A DNA stretch of 64,000 bases, taken from contig CM120640.1 of assembly GCA_051362555.1 (NCBI GenBank), forward strand, positions 33,065,967 through 33,129,966. The letters are read 5' to 3'. The position numbers were made by a program, and so were the translations under genes. This document shows, one piece after another, positions 30,001-43,030 of the stretch. This stretch comes from Lingula anatina. Its lineage: Eukaryota; Animalia; Brachiopoda. The number at the start of each line of letters is the position of its first letter. Positions within the stretch are counted from its first letter, which is position 1. The notes beneath the pieces are model-generated. The model saw nothing but the letters and a program-made list of their open reading frames with translations. It did no database searches and was not told where the DNA came from.

Positions 30001-33000
30001 ACTTCACACGTCTATATAAGTTAAGGTTAATAAACTTTTTTTTTGTTTGGGTGGGGGGAGACATAGGTAAATTGCAAAAAGATCTAATCTCTTTCTTATT
30101 TCTTTTTACAGGACATGGAAGATGACAAGTGCCTACCATGGAACATAGACTACTCTTTGGATCAACAATTTATGGTTAGTAAATTTTATTTTTTTGGAGG
30201 GGATAAAAAAATTGAAAAAAATCTATTCTAGTTTTATTTCTTATTACTGGACAAAAATATAATGAGTAACTCTACCCAGACATTGACTTCACACGTCTAT
30301 ATAAGTTAAGATTAATAAACTATTAATTCTTTTGGGGGGGGGGGCGGCACAGGGGACTGGGGGATGTAGGCAAATTGCAAAAAGATCTAATCTCATTCTT
30401 ATTTCTTTTTACAGGACATGGAAGATGACTAGTGCTTACCATCAAACATAGACTACTCTACGGATCAACAATTTATGGTTAGTAAATTTTATTTTTTTGG
30501 AGGGGATAGAAAATTTTTTACAAAATCTAATGTAGTTTTATTTCTTTTTATGGGATATAGAATATGATAAGTAACATTACCTATACATTTACTTCACATG
30601 TCGATATAAGTTGAGGTTAATAAACTCTTTCTTTTGTTTGGGGGGGGGGGGGGGTGAAGACGGGGGGCGGTGGACGGGGGGGGGGGGGAAGTAAGTAAAT
30701 AGCAAAAAGATCTAATCTCTTTCTTATTTCTTTTTACAGGACATAGAAGATGACAAGTACCTACCATCGGACATAGACTATTCTTCGGATCAACAATTTA
30801 AGGTTAGTAAATTTTATATTTTGGAGAGGATAAAAAATTTTTTACAAAATCTGATTTAGTTTTATTTCATTTTACAGGACATAGAAGATGATGAGGAACT
30901 CTAGAAGATGACACAAGTGTGTACCACCGAACATAGACTACTCTTCGGATCAACAATTTAAGGTTAGAAAATTTTATTTTTTTGGAGTTGATAGAAAAAT
31001 TGCAAAAATTCTAATCTAGTTTTATTTCTTTTTACTGGACATAGATGATGATTAGCAACTCTACCTAGACATTGACTTCACACGTCTATATAAGTTAAGG
31101 TTAATAAACTTTTTTTTTGTTTGGGGGGGGGGGGGGAGACATAGGTATTTGCAAAAAGATCTAATCTCTTTCTTATTTCTTTTTACAGGACATGGAAGAT
31201 GACTAGTGCCTACCATCAAACATAGACTACTCTACGGATCAACAATTTATGGTTAGTAAATTTCATTTTTTGGAGTGGATAGAAAAATTGAAAAAAATCT
31301 ATTCTAGTTTTATTTCTTATTACTGGACAAAGAATATAATTAGTAACTCTACCCAGACATTGACTGCACACTTCTATATAAGTTAAGATTAATAAACTTT
31401 ATTAATTCTTTTGGGGGGGGGGAGGGGGGCGCAGGGGACTGGGGGATGTAGGCAAATTGCAAAAAGATCTAATCTCATTCTTATTTCTTTTTACAGGACA
31501 TAGAAGATGACTAGTGCCTACCATCAAACATAGACTACTCTTTGGATCAACAATTTATGGTTAGTAAATTTCATTTTTTTGAAGGGGATAAAAAAATTGA
31601 AAAAAAAATCTATTCTAGTTTTATTTCTTATTACTGGACAAAGAATATAATGAGTAAGTCTACCCAGACATTGACTTCACACGTCTATATAAGTTAAGAT
31701 TAATAAACTTTATTAATTCTTTTGGGGGGGGGGGTGCAGGGGACTCGGGGATGTAGGCAAATTGCAAAAAGATCTAATCTCATTCTTATTTCTTTTTACA
31801 GGACATAGAAGATGACTAGTGCCTACCATCAAACATAGACTACTCTACGGATCAACAATTTATGGTTAGTAAATTTTAGTTTTTTGGAGTGGATAGAAAA
31901 ATTGAAAAAAATCTATTCTAGTTTTATTTCTTATTACTGGACAAAGAATATAATGAGTAACTCTACCCAGACATTGACTGCACACGTCTATATAAGTTAA
32001 GGTTAATAAACTTTATTATTTCTTTTTGGGTGGGGGTGCGCAGGAGACTGGGGGATGTAGTTAAATTTAAAAAGATCTAATATCATTCTTATTTCTTTTT
32101 ACAGGACATGGAAGATGACAATTGCCTACCATCGAACATAGACCACTCTTCGGATCATCAATTTTAGGTTAGTAAATTTTATTTTTTTGGAGGGGATGGA
32201 AAAATTTTTACAAAATCTAATGTAGTTTTATTTCTTTTTATGGGACATAGAATATGATAAGTAACATTACCTATACATTGACTTCACAGGTCGATATAAG
32301 TTAAGATTAATAAACTTTCATTTTATTTGGGGGGGGGGGGGGGGGGGGACGGGGGGGGGGATGTAGTTAAATAGAAAAAGATCTAATCTCTTTCTTATTT
32401 CTTTTTACAGGACATAGAAGATGACAAGTACCTACCATTGGACATAGACTATTCTTCGGATCAACAATTTAAGGTTAGTAAATTTTACATTTTGGAGAGG
32501 ACAAAAATTTTTTTACAAAATCTGATCTAGTTTTATTTCATTTTACAGGACATAGAAGATGATGAGGAACTCTAGAAGATGACAAGTGTCTACCACCGAA
32601 CATAGACTACTCTTCGGATCAACAATTTAAGGTTAGAAAATTTTATTTTTTTGGAGTTGATAGAAAAATTGCAAAAATTCTAATCTAGTTTTATTTCTTT
32701 TTACTGGACATAGATGATGATTAGCAACTCTACCTAGACATTAACTTCACACGTCTATATAAGTTAAATTTAATAAACTTTTTTTTTGTTTGGGGGGGGG
32801 GGGGAGACATAGGTAAATTGCAAAAAGATCTAATCTCTTTCTTATTTCTTTTAACAGGACATGGAAGATGACAAGTGCCTACCATGGAACATAGACTACT
32901 CTTCGGATCAACAATTTATGGTTAGTAAATTTTATTTTTTTGGAGGGGATAAAAAAATTGAAAAAAATCTATTCTAGTTTAATTTCTTATAACTGGACAA

Positions 33001-34761
33001 AGAATATAATGAGTAACTCTACCCAGACTGACTTCACACGTCTATATAAGTTAAGATTAATAAACTTTATTAATTCTTTTTTTTTTGGGGGGGGGGGGGG
33101 GCGCAGGGGAATGGGGGATGTAGGCAAATTGTAAAAAGATCTTATCTCATTCTTATTTCTTTTTACAGGACATGGAAGATGACTAGTGCTTACCATCAAA
33201 CATAGACTACTCTACGGATCAACAATTTATGGTTAGTAAATTTCATTTTTTTGGAGTGGATAGAAAAATTGAAAAAAATCTATTCTAGTTTTATTTCTTA
33301 TTACTGGACAAAAGAAAAATTATTAACTCTACCCAGACATTGACTGCACATGTCTATATAAGTTAAGGTTAATAAACTTTATTAATTCTTTTGGGGGGGA
33401 GGGGCACAGGGGACTGGGGGATGTAGGTAAATTGCAAAAAGATCTAATCTCATTCTTATTTCTTTTTACAGGACATGGAAGATGACAAGTGCCTACCATG
33501 GAACATAGACTACTCTTCGGATCAACAATTTATGGTTAGTAAATTTTAGTTTTTTGGAGTGGATAGAAAAATTGAAAAAAATCTATTCTAGTTTTATTTC
33601 TTATTACTGGACAAAGAATATAATGAGTAAGTCTACCCAGAGATTGACTGCACACGTCTATATAAGTTAAGGTGAATAAACTTTATTGTTTCTTTTTGGG
33701 TGGGGGTGCGCAGGAGACTGGGGGATGTAGTTAAATTTAAAAAGATCTAATATTCTTATTTCTTTTTACAGGACATGAAAGATGACAATTGCCTACCATC
33801 GAACATAGACCACTCTTCGGATCATCAATTTAAGGTTAGTAAATTTTATTTTTTTGGAGGGGATAGAAAAATTTTTACAAAATCTAATGTAGTTTTATTT
33901 CTTTTTATGGGACATAGAATATGATAAGTAACATTACCTAGACATTGACTTCACATGTCGATATAAGCTGAGGTTAATAAACCTTCTTTTTTTTGTTGGG
34001 GGGGGGGGGGGTGAGGACGGGGGGCGGTGGACGGGGGGGGGGGGATGTAGGTAAATAGCAAAAAGATCTAATCTCTTTCTTATTTCTTTTTACAGGACAT
34101 AGAAGATGACAAGTACCTACCATTGGACATAGACTATTCTTCGGATCAACAATTTAAGGTTAGTAAATTTTATTTTTTGGAGGCGATAAAAATTTTTTTA
34201 CAAAATCTGATCTAGTTTTATTTCTTTTTACAGGACATAGAAGATGATGAGCAACTCTAGAAGATGACAAGTGTCTACCACCGAACATAGACTACTCTTC
34301 GGATCAACAATTTAAGGTTAGAACATTTTATTTTTTTTGGAGTTGATAGAAAAATTGCAAAAATTCTAATCTAGTTTTATTTCTTTTTACTGGACATAGA
34401 TGATGATTAGCAACTCTACCTAGACATTGACTTCACACGTCTATATAAGTTAAGGTTAATAAACTTTTTTTTGTTTGGGTGGGGGGAGACATAGGTAAAT
34501 TGCAAAAAGATCTAATCTCTTTCTTATTTCTTTTTACAGGACATGGAAGATGACAAGTGCCTACCATGGAACATAGACTACTCTTTGGATCAACAATTTA
34601 TGGTTAGTAAATTTTATTTTTTTGGAGGGGATAAAAAAATTGAAAAAAATCTATTCTAGTTTTATTTCTTATTACTGGACAAAAATATAATGAGTAACTC
34701 TACCCAGACATTGACTTCACACGTCTATATAAGTTAAGATTAATAAACTTTATTAATTCTT

Positions 34762-34795
<34 letters not shown>

Positions 34796-37700
34796 CGGCA
34801 CAGGGGACTGGGGGATGTAGGCAAATTGCAAAAAGATCTAATCTCATTCTTATTTCTTTTTACAGGACATGGAAGATGACTAGTGCTTACCATCAAACAT
34901 AGACTACTCTACGGATCAACAATTTATGGTTAGTAAATTATATTTTTTTGGAGGGGATAGAAAAATTTTTACAAAATCTAATGTAGTTTTATTTCTTTTT
35001 ATGGGATATAGAATATGATAAGTAACATTACCTAAACATTTACTTCACATGTCGATATAAGTTGAGGTTAATAAACTCTTTCTTTTGTTTGGGGGGGGGG
35101 GGGGGGGGGTGAAGACGGGGGGCGGTGGACGGGGGGGGGGGAGTAAGTAAATAGCAAAAAGATCTAATCTCTTTCTTATTTCTTTTTACAGGACATAGAA
35201 GATGACAAGTACCTACCATCGGACATAGACTATTCTTCGGATCAACAATTTAAGGTTAGTAAATTTTATATTTTGGAGAGGATAAAAAATTTTTTACAAA
35301 ATCTGATTTAGTTTTATTTCATTTTACAGGACATAGAAGATGATGAGGAACTCTAGAAGATGACACAAGTGTGTACCACCGAACATAGACTACTCTTCGG
35401 ATCAACAATTTAAGGTTAGAAAATTTTATTTTTTTGGAGTTGATAGAAAAATTGCAAAAATTCTAATCTAGTTTTATTTCTTTTTACTGGACATAGATGA
35501 TGATTAGCAACTCTACCTAGACATTGACTTCACACGTCTATATAAGTTAAGGTTAATAAACTTTTTTTTTGTTTGGGGGGGGGGGGAGACATAGGTATTT
35601 GCAAAAAGATCTAATCTCTTTCTTATTTCTTTTTACAGGACATGGAAGATGACTAGTGCCTACCATCAAACATAGACTACTCTACGGATCAACAATTTAT
35701 GGTTAGTAAATTTCATTTTTTGGAGTGGATAGAAAAATTGAAAAAAATCTATTCTAGTTTTATTTCTTATTACTGGACAAAGAATATAATTAGTAACTCT
35801 ACCCAGACATTGACTGCACACTTCTATATAAGTTAAGATTAATAAACTTTATTAATTCTTTTGGGGGGGGGGAGGGGGGCGCAGGGGACTGGGGGATGTA
35901 GGCAAATTGCAAAAAGATCTAATCTCATTCTTATTTCTTTTTACAGGACATAGAAGATGACTAGTGCCTACCATCAAACATAGACTACTCTACAGATCAA
36001 CAATTTATGGTTAGTAAATTTCATTTTTTTGAAGGGGATAAAAAAATTGAAAAAAAAATCTATTCTAGTTTTATTTCTTATTACTGGACAAAGAATATAA
36101 TGAGTAAGTCTACCCAGACATTGACTTCACACGTCTATATAAGTTAAGATTAATAAACTTTATTAATTCTTTTGGGGGGGGGGGCGCAGGGGACTCGGGG
36201 ATGTAGGCAAATTGCAAAAAGATCTAATCTCATTCTTATTTCTTTTTACAGGACATAGAAGATGACTAGTGCCTACCATCAAACATAGACTACTCTACGG
36301 ATCAACAATTTATGGTTAGTAAATTTCATTTTTTGGAGTGGATAGAAAAATTGAAAAAAATCTATTCTAGTTTTATTTCTTATTACTGGACAAAGAATAT
36401 AATTAGTAACTCTACCCAGACATTGACTGCACACGTCTATATAAGTTACGGTTAATAAACTTTATTATTTCTTTTGGGGGGGTGGGGGGTGGGGGGCGCT
36501 GGGGACTGGGGGATGTAGGTAAATTGCAAAAAGAGCTAATCTCATTCTTATTTCTTTTTACAGGACATAGAAGATGACAAGTTCCTACCATCAAACATAG
36601 ACTACTCTTTGGATCAACAATTTATGGTTAGTAAATTTCATTTTTTTGAAGGGGATAAAAAAATTGAAAAAAAAATCTATTCTAGTTTTATTTCTTATTA
36701 CTGGACAAAGAATATAATGAGTAACTCTACCCAGACATTGACTTCACACGTCTATATAAGTTAAGATTAATAAACTTTATTAATTCTTTTGGGGGGGGGG
36801 GGGGGGCGCAGGGGACTCGGGGATGTAGGCAAATTGCAAAAAGATCTAATCTCATTCTTATTTCTTTTTACAGGACATAGAAGATGACAAGTGCCTACCA
36901 TCAAACATAGACTACTCTACGGATCAACAATTTATGGTTAGTAAATTTTAGTTTTTTGGAGTGGATAGAAAAATTGAAAAAAATCTATTCTAGTTTTATT
37001 TCTTATTACTGGACAAAGAATATAATGAGTAACTCTACCCAGACATTGACTGCACACGTCTATATAAGTTAAGGTTAATAAACTTTATTATTCCTTTATG
37101 GGTGGGGGTGCGCAGGAGACTGGGGGATGTAGTTAAATTAAAAAAGATCTAATATCATTCTTATTTCTTTTTACAGGACATGGAAGATGACAATTGCCTA
37201 CCATCGAACATAGACCACTCTTCGGATCATCAATTTAAGGTTAGTAAATTTTATTTTTTTGGAGGGGATAGAAAATTTTTTACAAAATCTAATGTAGTTT
37301 TATTTCTTTTTATGGGACATAGAATATGATAAGTAACATTACCTAGACATTGACTTCACATGTCGATATAAGCTGAGGTTAATAAACCTTCTTTTTTTTG
37401 TTGGGGGGGGGGGGGGTGAGGACGGGGGGCGGTGGACGGGGGGGGGGGATGTAGGTAAATAGCAAAAAGATCTAATCTCTTTCTTATTTCTTTTTACAGG
37501 ACATAGAAGATGACAAGTACCTACCATTGGACATAGACTATTCTTCGGATCAACAATTTAAGGTTAGTAAATTTTATTTTTTGGAGGGGATAAAAATTTT
37601 TTTACAAAATCTGATCTAGTTTTATTTCTTTTTACAGGACATAGAAGATGATGAGGAACTCTAGAAGATGACACAAGTGTGTACCACCGAACATAGACTA

Positions 37701-40700
37701 CTCTTCGGATCAACAATTTAAGGTTAGAAAATTTTATTTTTTTGGAGTTGATAGAAAAATTGCAAAAATTCTAATCTAGTTTTATTTCTTTTTACTGGAC
37801 ATAGATGATGATTAGCAACTCTACCTAGACATTGACTTCACACGTCTATATAAGTTAAGGTTAATAAATTTTTTTTTGTTTGGGTGGGGGGAGACATAGG
37901 TAAATTGCAAAAAGATCTAATCTCTTTCTTATTTCTTTTTACAGGACATGGAAGATGACAAGTGCCTACCATGGAACATAGACTACTCTTTGGATCAACA
38001 ATTTATGGTTAGTAAATTTTATTTTTTTGGAGGGGATAAAAAAATTGAAAAAAATCTATTCTAGTTTTATTTCTTATTACTGGACAAAGAATATAATGAG
38101 TAAGTCTACCCAGACATTGACTTCACACGTCTATATAAGTTAAGATTAATAAACTTTATTAATTCTTTTTTTTGGGGGGGGGGGGGGGGGGGGGCGCAGG
38201 GGACTGGGGGATGTAGGCAAATTGCAAAAAGATCTTATCTCATTCTTATTTCTTTTTACAGGACATAGAAGATGACTAGTGCCTACCATCAAACATAGAC
38301 TACTCTACGGATCAACAATTTATGGTTAGTAAATTTCATTTTTTGGAGTGGATAGAAAAATTGAAAAAAATCTATTCTAGTTTTATTTCTTATTACTGGA
38401 CAAAGAATATAATTAGTAACTCTACCCAGACATTGACTGCACACGTCTATATAAGTTACGGTTAATAAACTTTATTATTTCTTTTGGGGGGGTGGGGGGT
38501 GGGGGGCGCTGGGGACTGGGGGATGTAGGTAAATTGCAAAAAGAGCTAATCTCATTCTTATTTCTTTTTACAGGACATAGAAGATGACAAGTTCCTACCA
38601 TCAAACATAGACTACTCTTTGGATCAACAATTTATGGTTAGTAAATTTCATTTTTTTGAAGGGGATAAAAAAATTGAAAAAAAAATCTATTCTAGTTTTA
38701 TTTCTTATTACTGGACAAAGAATATAATGAGTAAGTCCTAGACATTGACTTCACACGTCTATATAAGTTAAGGTTAATAAACTTTTTTTTTGTTTGGGTG
38801 GGGGGAGACATAGGTAAATTGCAAAAAGATCTAATCTCTTTCTTATTTCTTTTTACAGGACATGGAAGATGACAAGTGCCTACCATGGAACATAGACTAC
38901 TCTTTGGATCAACAATTTATGGTTAGTAAATTTTATTTTTTTGGAGGGGATAAAAAAATTGAAAAAAATCTATTCTAGTTTTATTTCTTATTACTGGACA
39001 AAGAATATAATGAGAAACTCTACCCAGACATTGACTGCACACGTCTAGACAGGTTAATAAACTTTCTTTTTTTTGTTGGGGGGGGGGGGGGGGGGGGGGT
39101 GAGGACGGGGGGGGCGGTGGACAGGGGGGGGGGATGTAGGTAAATAGCAAAAAGATCTAATCTCTTTCTTATTTATTTTTACAGGACATAGAAGATGACA
39201 AGTACCTACCATTGGGGATAGACTATTTTTCGGATCAACAATTTAAGGTTAGTAAATTTTATATTTTGGAGAGGATAAAAAATTTTTTACAAAATCTGAT
39301 CTAGTTTTATTTCATTTTACAGGACATAGAAGATGATGAGGAACTCTAGAAGATGACAAGTGTCTACCACCGAACATAGACTACTCTTCGGATCAACAAT
39401 TTAAGGTTAGAAAATTTTATTTTTTTGGAGTTGATAGAAAAATTGCAAAAATTCTAATCTAGTTTTATTTCTTTTTACTGGACATAGATGATGATTAGCA
39501 ACTCTACCTAGACATTGACTTCACATGTCTGTATAAGTTAAGGTTAATAAACTTTTTTTTTGTTTGGGGGGGGGGAGACATAGGTAAATTGCAAAAAGAT
39601 CTAATCTCTTTCTTATTTCTTTTTACAGGACATGGAAGATGACAAGTGCCTACCATGGAACATAGACTACTCTTCGGATCAACAATTTATGGTTAGTAAA
39701 TTTTATTTTTTTGGAGGGGATAAAAAAATTGAAAAAAATCTATTCTAGTTTAATTTCTTATAACTGGACAAAGAATATAATGAGTAACTCTACCCAGACA
39801 TTGACTTCACACGTCTATATAAGTTAAGATTAATAAACTTTATTAATTCTTTTTTTTTTTGGGGGGGGGGGGGCGCAGGGGAATGGGGGATGTAGGCAAA
39901 TTGCAAAAAGATCTTATCTCATTCTTATTTCTTTTTACAGGACATGGAAGATGACTAGTGCTTACCATCAAACATAGACTACTCTACGGATCAACAATTT
40001 ATGGTTAGTAAATTTCATTTTTTTGGAGTGGATAGAAAAATTGAAAAAAATCTATTCTAGTTTTATTTCTTATTACTGGACAAAAGAAAAATTATTAACT
40101 CTACCCAGACATTGACTGCACATGTCTATATAAGTTAAGGTTAATAAACTTTATTAATTCTTTTTTTTGGGGGGGAGAGGGGGGGCACAGGGGACTGGGG
40201 GATGTAGGTAAATTGCAAAAATTCTAATCTAGTTTTATTTCTTTTTACTGGACATAGATGATGATTAGCAACTCTACCTAGACATTGACTTCACACGTCT
40301 GTATAAGTTAAGGTTAATAAACTTTTTTTTTGTTTGGGGGGGGGGAGACATAGGTAAATTGCAAAAAGATCTAATCTCTTTCTTATTTCTTTTTACAGGA
40401 CATGGAAGATGACAAGTGCCTACCATGGAACATAGACTACTCTTCGGATCAACAATTTATGGTTAGTAAATTTTATTTTTTTGGAGGGGATAAAAAAATT
40501 GAAAAAAATCTATTCTAGTTTAATTTCTTATAACTGGACAAAGAATATAATGAGTAACTCTACCCAGACATTGACTTCACACATCTATATAAGTTAAGAT
40601 TAATAAACTTTATTAATTCTTTTTTTTTTGGGGGGGGGCGCAGGGGAATGGGGGATGTAGGCAAATTGCAAAAAGATCTTATCTCATTCTTATTTCTTTT

Positions 40701-43030
40701 TACAGGACATGGAAGATGACAAGTGCCTACCATGGAACATAGACTACTCTTCGGATCAACAATTTATGGTTAGTAAATTTTAGTTTTTTGGAGTGGATAG
40801 AAAAATTGAAAAAAATCTATTCTAGTTTTATTTCTTATTACTGGACAAAGAATATAATGAGTAACTCTACCCAGACATTGACTGCACACGTCTATATAAG
40901 TTAAGGTTAATAAACTTTATTATTTCTTTTTGGGTGGGGGTGCGCAGGAGACTGGGGGATGTAGTTAAATTTAAAAAGATCTAATATCATTCTTATTTCT
41001 TTTTACAGGACATGGAAGATGACAATTGCCTACCATCGAACATAGACCACTCTTCGGATCATCAATTTAAGGTTAGTAAATTTTATTTTTTTGGAGGGGA
41101 TAGAAAATTTTTTTACAAAATCTAATGTAGTTTTATTTCTTTTTATGGGACATAGAATATGATAAGTAACATTACCTATACATTGACTTCACATGTCGAT
41201 ATAAGCTGAGGTTAATAAACTCTTTTTTTTGTTGGGGGGGGGGGGTGAGGACGGGGGGCGGTGGACGGGGGGGGGGATGTAGGTTAATAGCAAAAAGATC
41301 TAATCTCTTTCTTATTTCTTTTTACAGGACATAGAAGATGACAAGTACCTACCATTGGGCATAGACTATTCTTCGGATCAACAATTTAAGGTTAGTAAAT
41401 TTTATATTTTGGAGAGGATAAAAAATTTTTTACAAAATCTGATCTAGTTTTATTTCATTTTACAGGACATAGAAGATGATGAGGAACTCTAGAAGATGAC
41501 AAGTGTCTACCACCGAACATAGACTACTCTTCGGATCAACAATTTAAGGTTAGAAAATTTTATTTTTTTGGAGTTGATAGAAAAATTGCAAAAATTCTAA
41601 TCTAGTTTTATTTCTTTTTACTGGACATAGATGATGATTAGGAACTCTACCTAGACATTAACTTCACACGTCTATATAAGTTAAATTTAATAAACTTTTT
41701 TTTTGTTTGGGGGGGGGGGGGAGACATAGGTAAATTGCAAAAAGATCTAATCTCATTCTTATTTCTTTTTACAGGACATGGAAGATGACAAGTGCCTACC
41801 ATCAAACATAGACTACTCTTCGGAGCAACAATTTATGGTTAGTAAATTTCATTTTTTGGAGTGGATAGAAAAATTGAAAAAAATCTATTCTAGTTTTATT
41901 TCTTATTACTGGACAAAGAATATAATTAGTAACTCTACCCAGACATTGACTGTACACGTCTATATAAGTTACGGTTAATAAACTTTATTATTTCTTTTGG
42001 GGGGGGTGGGGGGTGGGGGGTGGGGGGCGCTGGGGACCGGGGGATGTAGGTAAATTGTAAAAAGAGCTAATCTCATTCTTATTTCTTTTTACAGGACATA
42101 GAAGATGACAAGTTCCTACCATCAAACATAGACTACTCTTTGGATCAACAATTTCAGGTTAGTCAATTTTTTTTTTTTTTTGGAGGGGATAGAAAAATTT
42201 TTACAAAATCTAATATAGTTTTATTTCTTTTTATAGGACATAGAACATGATAAGAAACATTATCCAGACATTGACTTCACATGTCGATATAAGTTGAGGT
42301 TAATAAACTTTCCTTTTTTGGTGGGGGGGGGGGGAGGACGGGGGGCGGTGGGATGTAGGTAAATTGTAAAAAGATCTAATCTCTTTCTTATTTCTTTTTA
42401 CAGGACATAGAAGATGACAAGTACCTATCATTGGACATAGACTATTCTTCGGATCAACAATTTAAGGTTAGTAAATTTTATATTTTATACAGGATAACAA
42501 TTTTTTTACAAAATCTGATCTAGTTTTATTTCATTTTACAGGACATAGAAGATGATGAGCAACTCTAGAAGATGACAAGTGTCTACCATTGAACATAGAC
42601 TACTCTTCGGATCAATAATTTAAGGTAAGAAAATTTTATTTTTTTGGAGTTGATAGAAAAATTGAATAAAATTTTATCTAGTTTTATTTCTTTTTACAGG
42701 ACATAGAATATGATAAGCAACTCTACCTAGACATTGACTCCTGTCTCCAGGTGTCGATATAAGTTAAGGTTAATAAACTTTCTTATTTTTGTTGGGGGGG
42801 TGTGGACGGGGGGGGGGATGTTGATTAATTGCAAAAAGATCTAATCTCATTCTTATTTCTTTTTACAGGACATAGAAGGTGATGAGCATCTCCACTCAAA
42901 CATTGACTAATCTTCGGATCACCAATTAAAGGTTAGTAAATTTTATATTTTTAGGGGGGGGGATAGGTAAATTGAAAAAATCTAATCTCATTCTTAATTT
43001 CTTTTTACGGGACATAGATGATGAGTGCCA
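1..43030. repeat. Tandem satellite/macrosatellite array, ~290-320 bp monomers (dimer of two homologous ~140-170 bp subunits) in variable higher-order repeats; left end outside window
   Basis: The motif AGACTA(C/T)TCT recurs at 1, 291, 599, 919, 1077 and onward to ~42,900. The two halves share TAAGGTTA(G/A)TAAA(T/C)TTT and TTATTTCTTTTTAC(A/T)GGACAT(A/G)GA. A ~158 bp half-unit (GATGATGAG(G/C)AACTCTAGAAG) recurs about 26 times by hand count. Similarity decays from ~42,100 and is lost after ~43,030. Roughly 125 full monomers, estimated from lengths. Confidence 0.98.

Noticed and set aside
259-41978. Dozens of 60-92 aa ORFs in the array (MVGTCHLLCPVKRNK...PPPP)
   Set aside because: They are read-throughs of the repeat, mostly antisense. 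The poly-Pro/Lys stretches come from G and T homopolymers whose length variation shifts the frame from copy to copy.
1-43030. CRISPR-like array
   Set aside because: No unique spacers; the whole unit is repeated, and the context is eukaryotic with spliceosomal introns.
1-43030. rDNA spacer, 5S/tRNA/histone tandem genes or telomeric repeat
   Set aside because: No recognisable rRNA, tRNA, histone or TTAGGG-type sequence in the monomer.
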